A stretch of DNA of 64,000 nt from the NCBI GenBank assembly GCA_037379345.1, contig CM074513.1, positions 1,116,001 through 1,180,000 on the forward strand. The letters run 5' to 3'. Under the pieces are notes generated by a model. The model saw nothing but the letters and a program-made list of their open reading frames with translations, was not told where the DNA came from and made no database searches. This document shows positions 38,201-46,957 of this stretch, in pieces. How positions within the stretch are numbered: the stretch's first letter is position 1; each line of letters starts with the position of its first letter. Source of the stretch: Perna viridis. Its lineage: Eukaryota. Both the position numbers and the translations under genes were made by a program.

Positions 38201-38658
38201 ATTTTCTTTAGATTTTGTGATTTTCTCCTTCAGCCTATGCTTTATTAAAACTATTTCTCCACTCTTTATGATAGTGTTGAGATTTTAACATCCTTGCTAA
38301 AACTTGCATGTTCAAAATCTAAGTTTAATCATCTCTTGTGGGAAAAGAAATTAAAACTATTCCTGACTTTAATAACATGCTTAAGGAAAATTTATTTTTG
38401 AAAGGTTTCTAAGAATTATATTGTAATTAAACATTTTGCTATATTTTCTGAAATTTTTAATCAAAGGGACTGAAAGCCCCAGAGGATACAACAAATCAGG
38501 ATGCAGCTAGTGCTATCGTCCTGGCAACACAGTGGCAGAGACGTCTTATACGTCAGCGGCAGAGAGAGATGGCAGATGCTGATAAAGATGACCTTGGACT
38601 CCGTAGAATAGAAGAACACAAGCCTCCTGAATTGACTCAGATTTTTAAAACCAGCTAG
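5177..38658 (+). CDS. Large vinculin/alpha-catenin (VIN) family protein, about 1483 aa, 30 coding exons (whole-gene span)
   Basis: Manual GT-AG assembly with matching phases at every junction, 4452 nt in total: join(5177..5257,6353..6487,6832..6987,7883..8005,8409..8588,9292..9426,11560..11706,12208..12281,12743..12899,13351..13459,13815..14024,14532..14729,15673..15858,16535..16837,18389..18554,19139..19271,19559..19666,19861..20035,20447..20675,21159..21324,22226..22328,23305..23505,24547..24672,25158..25296,25691..25784,26564..26698,30791..30891,35104..35206,37970..38056,38467..38658). VIN motifs: N-terminal TKSIERVLAPIASQISLL; alpha-catenin M-like EFEDHADKMCQVA..EWSFELNNL..LDEMTDPQIFMGVSEKRIEEDV..GRCRRVCQV; vinculin-tail-like AAAKYLQSEAEKW..NPIVKVAKEM, QIPTVSTQLSII and ENAENLMKIVLQTMKAAEA. 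Confidence 0.9.
6353..6487 (+). CDS. VIN-family gene exon 2
   Basis: ISLLIILDHSDG..AERLVVIGKDRAAKTSDD, AG/GT bounded, phase 0/0. Confidence 0.85.
6832..6987 (+). CDS. VIN-family gene exon 3
   Basis: ELKCNMASACE..VITAAKNVLQATMK, phase 0/0. Confidence 0.9.
6984..7130. repeat. 38-bp tandem repeat, 4 copies, overlapping the exon 3 splice donor
   Basis: gaaggtatgatcacaagttaacctttcaacttta..; GT at 6988, 7026, 7064 and 7102. Confidence 0.95.
7883..8005 (+). CDS. VIN-family gene exon 4
   Basis: VLLVSDDYEVRKIV..DLLALFK (compare vinculin LLLTFDEAEVRKII). Confidence 0.9.
8409..8588 (+). CDS. VIN-family gene exon 5
   Basis: NFTDCASVLTTMANKRQKDL..LKKAIPSL..KYPDNSQAH. Confidence 0.9.
9292..9426 (+). 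CDS. VIN-family gene exon 6
   Basis: VSKSYVINQVLSSVRDIVEAV..PGYFVSKIDQ. Confidence 0.85.
9440..9625 (+). mobile_element. Helentron/HINE-like non-autonomous element (related copy at about 36438-36630)
   Basis: taccc..gagt..ggtatatt..ggaatcacc..tgtctgtc..cttggctc..aaatttggtg..gtgattttgggtact..gatatcaacttc aligns by eye with the copy at 36438. Confidence 0.5.
9626..11238. repeat. 45/48-bp minisatellite, about 35 copies
   Basis: aagtatcaagtaagacaatgtgtacaactgcatgtttcctat(gtt/gttgtt/tttgtt). Confidence 0.98.
11278..11524 (+). mobile_element. Helentron/HINE-like element (related copy at about 35271-35515)
   Basis: Both copies share tttatacccc..ccac, gtttccagatg and ggccattttga.cattttgccatccccctttttt..tatcatttaat. 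Confidence 0.55.
11560..11706 (+). CDS. VIN-family gene exon 7
   Basis: IMEALSVENREDL..HRNLIIKTCQR. Confidence 0.85.
12208..12281 (+). CDS. VIN-family gene exon 8
   Basis: ILQLKGRVMALSNNLKERPDIQKM, phase 0/2. Confidence 0.8.
12743..12899 (+). CDS. VIN-family gene exon 9
   Basis: EDYYECCE..LIVDIFKETTEPIERLIKAA (compare alpha-catenin VSDSFLETNVPLLVLIEAA). Confidence 0.9.
13351..13459 (+). CDS. VIN-family gene exon 10
   Basis: NHSLDEHDSLVSEFEDHADKMCQVASFAGASSTDES. Confidence 0.9.
13815..14024 (+). CDS. VIN-family gene exon 11
   Basis: VRIIRSCVCHLERLDPDIV..EWSFELNNLMQVLDEMTDPQIFMGVS. Confidence 0.9.
14532..14729 (+). CDS. VIN-family gene exon 12
   Basis: KRIEEDVGVCR..IDRTVKSLVGRCRRVCQVAERIVDCHDDPLYRNGL. 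Confidence 0.9.
15673..15858 (+). CDS. VIN-family gene exon 13
   Basis: INGTRAACNH..QILDSVRKVKDGL..KNLRFA. Confidence 0.85.
16017..16292. mobile_element. TA-flanked MITE
   Basis: TIRs tacacaggcaaaattgcaaca and tgttggaatttttcctgtgta. Confidence 0.55.
16535..16837 (+). CDS. VIN-family gene exon 14 (Ser/Thr-rich linker)
   Basis: AEKRVKSTTSSKF..SSEESYHQSAVTFHRSNQ, phase 1/1. Confidence 0.8.
17196..18094. repeat. 60-bp minisatellite, 15 copies
   Basis: gt[a/g]tgaagcaatag[c/t]agagttgttttgctctttgccccattgattggttgggttttacat, in exact 60-nt register. Confidence 0.98.
18389..18554 (+). CDS. VIN-family gene exon 15
   Basis: EKTTTSLITQRIK..LGWSNHIVDSAECLL..TKK. Confidence 0.8.
19139..19271 (+). CDS. 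VIN-family gene exon 16
   Basis: SIHTLCSEVDEIL..SQQWETK. Confidence 0.8.
19559..19666 (+). CDS. VIN-family gene exon 17
   Basis: VEKIRVFIDVTVDSWKDISDSVYQSSITSDQSLKQQ, phase 0/0. Confidence 0.75.
19861..20035 (+). CDS. VIN-family gene exon 18
   Basis: VDDLKHHTTMVSEL..; donor GTAAGT after 20035, with an alternative same-phase donor after 20017. Confidence 0.75.
20447..20675 (+). CDS. VIN-family gene exon 19
   Basis: HQDKNQLEQLCREWAVRIFCVVSDLEDL..LLHSACL. Confidence 0.8.
21159..21324 (+). CDS. VIN-family gene exon 20
   Basis: NDETSELATRLCRDL..LNGQWILK. Confidence 0.8.
22067..22167. repeat. 30-bp tandem repeat, about 3.3 copies
   Basis: tgattatcatatgtaaataatcct[a/g]tgata. Confidence 0.9.
22226..22328 (+). 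CDS. VIN-family gene exon 21
   Basis: SIRCIDLVQEQILMYTVLLNKLSDSAMEVRTAKS. Confidence 0.8.
22914..23187. repeat. 27-bp minisatellite, about 10 copies
   Basis: ctaagg[c/t]cagatatcaagttttacact; one copy has a 6-nt internal duplication. Confidence 0.97.
23305..23505 (+). CDS. VIN-family gene exon 22
   Basis: SDRQMCMSEF..CLDELTGLSPQLIDGVKKLL. Confidence 0.8.
23741..24107. repeat. 36-bp minisatellite, about 10 copies
   Basis: gtagtactgaacttaaagtca[g/a]tatt[a/t]gattgactt. Confidence 0.97.
24547..24672 (+). CDS. VIN-family gene exon 23
   Basis: KTDLKPTMDEFNKQTICWAVKVRQLLASIQQ.. Confidence 0.8.
25158..25296 (+). CDS. VIN-family gene exon 24
   Basis: LHKALGVKTTDIQTLSDNVEP..LQVT, phase 1/2. Confidence 0.75.
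25691..25784 (+). CDS. VIN-family gene exon 25
   Basis: EKQNTAIGQFPRMVRKKKATDSPYKPSTSVL, phase 2/0. Confidence 0.75.
26564..26698 (+). CDS. VIN-family gene exon 26 (start of tail/actin-binding domain)
   Basis: AAAKYLQSEAEKWEDDCNPIVKVAKEMSVHLNNMADYTKGGGQIQ (compare vinculin [26 protein letters not shown]). Confidence 0.9.
27552..28803 (-). CDS. GT47/exostosin-family glycosyltransferase (MUR3/xyloglucan galactosyltransferase-like), main coding exon; nested antisense gene
   Basis: The frame is open upstream of the track ATG to an acceptor (ttttag at 28804-28809). GT47 motifs: [71 protein letters not shown]. No GT64 domain. Confidence 0.9.
29497..29588. repeat. 25-bp tandem repeat, about 3.7 copies, in the GT47 intron
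   Basis: aatgtattggactga[t/g]aaatatca[a/c]. Confidence 0.9.
29796..29848 (-). CDS. GT47 gene first coding exon (signal anchor)
   Basis: MIMKGILYYCFTGLIVL plus AC followed by GTAAGT; phase 2 joins exactly to the G at 28803, giving an N-terminal hydrophobic segment and a protein of about 434 aa. Confidence 0.75.
30791..30891 (+). CDS. VIN-family gene exon 27
   Basis: NHEELLRIAKVVAENGRKMMKFAEILSQHCVEKR, phase 0/2. Confidence 0.9.
35104..35206 (+). CDS. VIN-family gene exon 28
   Basis: FAQDLMFYANQIPTVSTQLSIIANVHQ (compare vinculin RIPTISTQLKILSTVK). Confidence 0.9.
37526..37936. repeat. Composite minisatellite of 25-bp (A) and 19-bp (B) modules
   Basis: A=ggattaccattgtattgacaaacat, B=gcacactgaatattaata[c/t]; order BAABABAABAABAABABA. 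Confidence 0.95.
37970..38056 (+). CDS. VIN-family gene exon 29
   Basis: VSKILTENAENLMKIVLQTMKAAEAVCVK (compare vinculin [22 protein letters not shown]). Confidence 0.9.
38467..38658 (+). CDS. VIN-family gene terminal exon 30
   Basis: GLKAPED..LATQWQRRL..LGLRRIEEHKPPELTQIFKTS, ending in TAG. Confidence 0.85.
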   Translation, partial: GLKAPEDTTNQDAASAIVLATQWQRRLIRQRQREMADADKDDLGLRRIEEHKPPELTQIFKTS

Positions 38659-40543
38659 CTTATTGTATAAGTTCTGCATATCATGTATTTGATTTAGGGC
38701 TTTTTTTTAGTAAATCTTTTCTGTGAGGAAACAGTTTTCAAGAAGTCATGTAGAGTGTTTGCTTTCTGTTATCTTCCTACCTGTGCATTGCAAGGTTCAT
38801 TGCTACATAATTACATATTAAAATTAATATTTTTTTTTTTAAGAAACAAAAATGTTGCATTAAATTATTAGTTTATGGGCTTAGTTGTAATTGCAATTAA
38901 TAGAAATAGCTAGAATATAAAACATTTTAAAACATTATATTCTATTAAATTTTAGTATTCAGTTGCAATCACAATAATGAGAACATTGTCAGTTCATGTC
39001 GTATAGGAGGATGAACTTACCAAATATTGCAAAAACTAAAATATCATTTTGGTCAAATTTGACAAAATTGTGCTAATAAAAGAATGCAATAAATTTTGAA
39101 TTTACAGCAATATGTACATATATATTTTTGATTGCATTTTTCCGTAGTCAGTAAAAATGTTTACATGTATAATACTTTGTACTTCCCCACACATTTTTGC
39201 CTCATATTTACATGTAAAATATTTTATTACAAATGTGCAGCATTTTGCAAACAGTGTTCCCTTGGTTGTAAATTTTTATATGTTAACCTTGAAATACAAT
39301 TTTACAAGCCGTGCAATTTTTTGCATTTACATTTTTGTGGTTGTTTTTTAATTCTGCATTTATTTTTATAATTTATATTTGAAGGTACCCATACAGGCTT
39401 TTAATTACTTGTAGTTGTGCCATAATGAAATTGTTTTTTTTTTCCATGAATTTTTATTCATGCTTCAGATGTCAATTTTAAATATATTGTTTCATTTGAA
39501 TGTTATTTTAAAAATTGTAATGTGTATTGGGAAAAATCGTAAATTCATTTTTGAAAGTGTCATCATTTGTAGAATGTCGAACTTCTGATGGCTAGTATAA
39601 TAAGAAAAAAGTCAAATTTGGATAATCAAGTGGGCTAGTGATTGTGTTTTCCACTGTTCAGTAATTTTATGTACATGTATAGCAGTGAATTCATTTTTTT
39701 TCTTGAAACATTCTGTAAATAATGAGAATATTAAATGAACATTTTAATCAGCACTCTGGACATCATGAAATAGTTTTTTATTAATGAAATTTCAATAGAT
39801 ATTTTTATTAATTAAATACACAGGGAAATTTTAGTCACTTAAAATTCATGTGAAGAAAATTTGCCTGTATACCAATTCAATGCATTTTCAATATGATTTC
39901 CATACATTATTGAATTTCTATTTCTATCAAAGGGAGATCATCTGTATAGAATACATTGTTACATGTCATTTTTTTAAAATTTATACTATAAAACTGGGAG
40001 CAAACTTCTTTATGAAATTTTAATATGTTTGAATACACCATTTTATCTTTACTTTTCCATTTAATTGAACCAACAAATTTTCTCTTAACTGAAGTCAATA
40101 TGAAAAGGTGTGAATGATTTACTTCTAAATAGGTATAAAAGATAGGAGATCATCCATTACTCAATATGCTTATCATTCATTAAGAAAAAATAACACCAAA
40201 TACAACTAGTTCAGCCAATATTTTTTAAGCTTTGAAATATTTTTCTTTTAATGGGCTTGTGAAAATTTGTTGATTTTTTAATTTGAATACTGGCTCAAAC
40301 TTACAACCATGTTGCTTTGTTGTAAAACAATATTTCAACTTATTCTGGTGAAAATTCTCCTCTCAGACAACCCCTCAACTATTAATTGGTTCCCTGTTAG
40401 AAGGATTCTGGATCTGTAGCTTATTGTAACATTACCAAATCTGTTTTTACTGACTTATCGTAGTTTTATCATTTTTATTTATTTTTATGTAGTCGTACAA
40501 TTCATTCTAATTGTTAGAACAATAATTTTGTATTAAGGTTATG

Positions 40544-40750
40544 CTGTGAAGGTACTTTAATTTGTGGATAACAATTTTTGTGGATTAGGGAAGAAACACT
40601 AGTTCATGGATTCTTGAATTCATGGTTTTGAGGTTTTCAGTATACACATCAATAAAAATATCCTTTTGGTATTGAACCAGATTTCGTGGTTTAGTTTACC
40701 CGCAAAAACCATGCAAATTGGTACCCCCAGTAACAATAGTACTTTCACAG
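40544..40750. mobile_element. MITE, same family as 56439-56631
   Basis: ctgtgaaggtacttt at the left end and aatagtactttcacag followed by ta at the right end. Confidence 0.6.
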
Positions 40751-41499
40751 TACAATATTTTCAGTATGAATTAACCAACATTTTTATGATATTTATGCTT
40801 TATACACATGTACATTGTAAACCTAACTGTGTCAGTATGTATTAAGTTAGACAGTCTCCCCCACAAGGTAAAAAAATAGTGAAACCTTTCTAAATTACAC
40901 CTAAAATGATAAACCATGAACTAGACAGAGTTTAAACATAAATGACTGTCAGGTAAGCTAGAATAAGCTAGAAAACAAAGCTCACTAACGGATACTCTCT
41001 GCTTCTCTCTCTAGTGACTGCTATCAAAAATTTAAAAAAGTCATCAAAAAGAAAGTTAATGTTGCATCAGTCTGACAGTATGGCTTACCTATATAAAGCT
41101 TCTGTCCATATATCAGGCTGTGGTAAATAGTTGATGAGAAAATTGTAACGAGACATTTGTGGAAAGATGCACAGATGTACGTACTTCAAGTTCACTATAT
41201 ACCTCCTGCAAAGAAGTCTCTCCAAACTAAATAACCTTTATTCTTATTCAGTTTCAGTTTTCATAACTCTCTTACTGGATGTGCAATATTTAAAAATACT
41301 GTGTATTGAATAGTTAAATTCTGATTGCAAGATATCTCAGAATGAAACACTTATCACAGCAAAATTGTATTCAACCCCAAATAAATGTATTTGATAATGT
41401 ACATGTGTACATGCAGTTCATATATTTCAAAACCAGTCACAATATCCATCAATTCTAATTATATGATTTTTTAATACTTTCTCTTTGTCTGATATAATT

Positions 41500-41935
41500 G
41501 TCAAGGTGCCTACATGGATTCCAGTTACGAAACAACGTCATGGATGTAAAATTCGCTTAGTTTTGTATAGTACACAAGTTCATTTTTCTCCTTCAGTATA
41601 TTGCATGATGCATCAGAAACAATGATGTTTTGTATTGATGTTACACACATAGCATGTGGTTTGAATTTGTTTGAAAAAGTATTGACAACAGAGTTGCCAT
41701 AGTAGTAAGAATAAATATTTTCTGTTAATTCCCATTTTACCACCCGGAACCCATTGTCATGTGATAAACCATCTATTATATAGACAACCTCAATCTTCAA
41801 ATTAGTCATGCATATTGGGTACATTATAATGGGTTCTTTATTTTTGTTGCACTCCAGACTTCTTTTAAACTTTCCATCTAAGGTCTTAACTATGACAGCT
41901 CTCCTTCCGTGATGTGGAACGATGAAAATTAATTT
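41500..41935 (-). pseudogene. Degraded NHL-repeat beta-propeller fragment of a TRIM2/3/71-like gene
   Basis: Extended frame reads GRRAVIVKTLDGKFKRSLECNKNKEPIIMYP..IIDGLSHDNGFRVV..YYGNSVVNTFSNKFKPHAMCVTSIQNIIVSD, resembling bivalve TRIM-NHL C-termini (recognised by eye); truncated, with no B-box region nearby. Confidence 0.6.
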
Positions 41936-42444
41936 GTTTCCAACATGTTTGTATTATACATTTGACCTTCAAAGCTCAATTACTCTAATTTAAGTCAAAG
42001 AAATATTACAGCTTCTGAAATAGTTTTCTGCTTCATGGATAACTTGGTACAAAAAGTGACAACACAAAACAATACTAGAATTTGTTTAATGTGATTTAAT
42101 AAAACTCCAGCTTCTCTCATAGTTACATGTAACAAAAATTTATAACAATGGCATCTTCATGATTATGTACAATTCACCAGAACAAAAAAGGTTATACATT
42201 TACTTCCATATCCTAGTTACCTGATTAAATTTTACCGAGAATTTTTGCAATAATTTCTTATTTGGATTTTTTATTGTCCATTAGAAATCTAATTTTTTCT
42301 AATTATATATCCTGATAAACTCATGACAATTATTCTACACTAGTCCCACTTTGGTTTAAGATTTGACCCTTGGACCGACCTTACCACATGCCCCCCTCCC
42401 CACCCCAAAAAAAAAATAATCAAATGATAATGAGCAACTAAAAC

Positions 42445-42736
42445 TAAGGCATCAACCATTTTTATATTAAAGGTGGGAGGAGCTGGGATTATTTTGAAAA
42501 AAAAATATATTATTCCAAGTTTGAGCAAAACAATTTATTTATTCCACCATGCACAGAAAGAAAAAAATAATGATTCAATATTTCCCCCATTACTTAACAA
42601 TGTAGTTTTTTAAATAAAATTTTTAACTCGGGCTGCTGCTTAAAAACATATTTTCTTGCTTGCACGAAAAATTTCTTTTAACTCAACATAAAATCCCAGT
42701 TCCCCCACCCTTGAGAAGAAAATAGTCTGTGCCTTA
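42445..42736. mobile_element. MITE with about 45-bp imperfect TIRs
   Basis: taaggcatcaaccatttt..aaggtgggaggagctgggatt and aatcccagttcccccaccctt..aaaatagtctgtgcctta. Confidence 0.6.
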
Positions 42737-45700
42737 AATAAATAGAAAAAAAAATGAAAAGAACTGAATGAGTCAATGAGACAACAACTCTATTAACCAT
42801 TGAAAACAATAGTCAAAGCCTTCAATAAAAGGTGATAAAATTGCACGGATCATTTGATCAATCTGTATAATTCTGCACATTTTCAATTGCTCCATTATAA
42901 CTGTAAGATATCATATTACGAGTGTTTGGACAGAAGGGCAGAATACATGTTACATCTAATACTATGTATGACATATGAAATAAGAATATGATTTGTCAAC
43001 AACCTCTCCAAACCCTTTCAAAAAGCATCAAATTATTAACATGTAAATATATCAATAGATTTATCACTTCTTTCATTAAACAATAATGAAAAATAATACA
43101 TGTACATGTATCACTAAAATTTGAGCTAAATTATGACACAGAAATTGAAAATAAATTTCATTTACTTAGAATGCTCCAAAATCTCTGCATTAGTTTTATC
43201 GTATTTTACTTGAAGTAGGACTTAGGAACACTTATGACATTATAGAATTAGAATTAACATTTGTAGTATATTTTAAAGGGTGAAAATTTGATAAATATTT
43301 TTTTTCCTAGACATATTAGTGGTCCCTATCATCTCAGTTCCTGCAAATATTTGTAAATAGATTTGGCAAGCCTCAGATACACAATGAAGTACACAGCATC
43401 TACACACAAAAATGGTTTACATTATTCAGAACTTTTGTGCAGCATATATGAAATGTAACATTAGTCTTTTCATATTTTTACATGATAGGGAGAAAAAAAT
43501 TCATCGACACATGTAAGGAGGCTGAAAAATGAATGGTTCAGAATTGTTTAGTCAGAAATGATGTATGTAATTGTAAGTGGTTGTTTGGAGGCCAGTGCTG
43601 ACTGTGTTTTTGGACATTTGCAGCTGAACTGTTATTCTAACATATACGGCCTAAATCTTTTTATGAAACACTTGACTCGTTTAAATATTGCACCAGTAAC
43701 CAATACATTAATAATACAACCTCAAAATTTACATGTACAGAATATCATACGTTCTATTTCTATTTAAACCCCCAAAAATGAAAATAATTGAGAGACAAAT
43801 TAAAACTATACATATAAATTTATATTTTGATTAGCAATGATCACATCATTATATACAGATAATTTATCTATAATAATAAGCATATGTACATTAATTTCAA
43901 TCAATAGTTACAACACTTTGAAAAGAAACAAAAAATATCAAGTGAGCACCATTCAAAGGGGGATAACTCAAACCAAAAAACTGCTAGAACAAAGACCTGA
44001 GATAAGGGTGGATCTAAAAAACCTTAAAGAAGACAGTACAATGATGAAATATAAAAAAAAATATGGCAACAAAAATGATTTTTATAATCAAGTCACTTTT
44101 TCAAGTATTTCAAAAGGTTATTTAGATAAGATGAACAATGCCATCAAGCAGAAAAATCTTTAAAATGTATTTGTTTTAGGTTATAGTGGTCCAGCCAACT
44201 GTACGAAGTTCAGGATTGTTGCAAAGCATGATCAACAATGAAAACGAAATATAATACTAACAACCAAAAAATGAAGTAATTCTAATATAAGGCAAAAAAA
44301 GGATACCATTGCCTGGCAAGTCAATCACCCTGAAATTTTGTTTCTATACACAAAATAAATGCATTTATCTGTTCTTATATAAATTAAAAACAGAAACTGG
44401 AAGATGTTCTTCAGTTTCAGATCCATGACTTCAACTGCGAAAAGCAAAAAAAAAAAAAAATATATTGGTGATTTATTTGAAAATAAATAAGCAGGCAATT
44501 ATGATTATATCATTGTCTTCTATAAATAATTAATTTTATGTTTGTTACATGGGTGTTTCCATGTATTTTATGATAGAAAACATTGTCTTCAGAATTTGAA
44601 AATTGGTAAAATGGAATACATTCAAAGGCCAATACTGTGAGTGATGAATGGAAGATTGACAAGAGGATCACTCAATAGTCAATACCCCTGTCTCAGTTAA
44701 TAGGGATATAAAATTAAAGGGTAAAGCAGTGTGGTGTATGGAGAGGGGTGAGGGTGGAGACAGGCTACAATTCTCATCAAGAGAGATGATAGGTCAAAGG
44801 TCATATTTACAATGCAGAATTCAGAACATAGAGATATGTTTGGTTTTGAGCTGGGTCATAATTCTATGAATGATTTCTAAATGATCAATCTTTGTAAAAT
44901 CAAAATCTGTTCTTCATGCTGACTTCAAAATAGATCAAAAATGGGAAAAATAGTAGCATGGAATATAGCAAGTACAACCATTTAAATGGAAGCTACACCT
45001 GTAAATAACATGTTTAATGTATGAAAAAATTAAAAGCTAAATTCTGGAAAACCATAAAAAAACAAACTCAGATAAAAAGCTTATTGCAGAGAAAAAAACT
45101 GAAATATTTTATGCCCTATCAAGTGAGTCAAAATTACGAATTAGTAATCATCAAAAATGATCAACACCAGCTTGTCTATACAGGCAAAATTTATATGTAC
45201 ATTTGACACACAATGCAGGCACATAATTTTGATGGTTCTCAAGTTTTGCCTGTGATAAGCATTTTTACTAGCAGTACTGAATTTTTGTTTAGTTTGAACA
45301 AGATTTAAGACATCAATTACCATACCTGTTAACCATCACACATGAGGGGAGAAACTCCCACAAAGTCAATGAAAAATTAAGAAACTTGCACAAAAAAAAA
45401 AATCACGATCTGACGGGTGCTTTTTGGTTAATATTATTATATTTAGGCAAAAATTACTAAATAATTGAATTTTTACATAAAAAGTTTCCTTTACATAAAA
45501 ATATCCCACATGAGACATTGTAAATAGGGGAGAATCTCCCACCTGAAATGCTCGGAAGATTTACAGGTATGCAACTACACATGTTTCTAATCTTATGTTC
45601 CAATAGAAGTGAAGAGAATACACCTGTATGTATAATATACATGTTCACAGGTATGAAATAGTTCGTACAGATTTACAGGTATTGCATTACATGAAATTTC

Positions 45701-46475
45701 TCTATTAATATCATGACAAATATCAGTACAAAATATGAAAATGCAATGTTCAGATTATGAGTTGTGAGTTTATGTGATAAGAATAATTTAGGCCATTGTC
45801 ACATGATACTGTACATATTGAGCTAAATATAGATGAAAACCACATGACTATCATGTGATCTCTATAAAGCACTTATAAAAATCATACATAATTTAGTTCA
45901 GAACATACATTCCTAGTAATGATCACAGTTGGAGAGAGTTTATAAATATTTCAAAAGATTGAACATACTGTATAGCAAGACATTTTTGCCAGGTTTTTTT
46001 AAAATTGTTCTTTTTTAATGAAATATAAAAAAAAGTTCATCAAATTTAGTCAAAGTTCCTATAATTTATTTCTCTTGTTTTGCAATCTTTGGATCACCAT
46101 AGTAGACACACTGTAAGCAAGGTCACAATTAAATTTATATTCCTAAGGTTGGATCATCTTTTTTGAAACCCTCCAACAATAATCACCTTTCTATATGATG
46201 CCTATCCTTCAGGCTTCTTTTCAAATTTCATAAAAATCTTTTTGAGTAGTTCAGGAGGAGTTATAAGATATGTGTATAGATGAACTGAGAGAGGGGTTCC
46301 TACATAACCCAACTTCTCTGCAGGGGGTATAAAAAGGGCAAGATATTAGGAAGCATTAAACAAATATCATGAAGTTTGGCACTTGCAAAAATAACCTGCT
46401 ATACAATACCACAATCTATATCCAAAGATTCTCATTTAATTCTTGAAAGTTTGAACAGTGTATTTAATACAAGCA

Positions 46476-46957
46476 TCACGTTTTGTAAATTTTTATGACA
46501 TCATGAATTGTCTGTCGACAAATTGGGCACAGTGACCCTTTGTCTTTGACCTGTATTGCACATTCAAAACACATGCACACATGTCCACATTTGTATAACA
46601 CCGAGTTCACTTCTCGTTCGTAACACACAGTACATTCATTGTTTTCATTTTCTGGGATTGTATTTTCTGTTGGTGATGTAGGTGTTGATACAGAATGTGA
46701 TTTCTTTGGCGGAACTGGTGGAGACGATTTGTTGTGGACACCAGATGGCACACTGAAGCTACGGGTCATAGATTGTTGCTGCTGCTGTTGTAATAAATGC
46801 TGCTGTTGAAGTGAGCTGGTGTGAGAATTAGCTATGTTTTGAGAAGCAGGCTGGATTGGTCTTTCTGGACGAGGAAGCGCTACACTGAGTGGTCCCTGGG
46901 TAAGATAGGAAGTGGAGCGTGGTCTGGGTGGCACAGGAGGTTGATGGGGGGCTACAC
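46476..46957 (-). CDS. neur: neuralized last coding exon (Pro/Gln-rich linker plus RING)
   Basis: Acceptor tttcag at 46958; VAPHQPPVPPRP..polyQ..C3HC4 RING..IKIYKT then stop. Confidence 0.92.

Noticed and set aside
43837-44163. 108-aa Lys-rich plus-strand ORF
   Set aside because: No recognisable motif or splice context; lies in AT-rich sequence downstream of neuralized.
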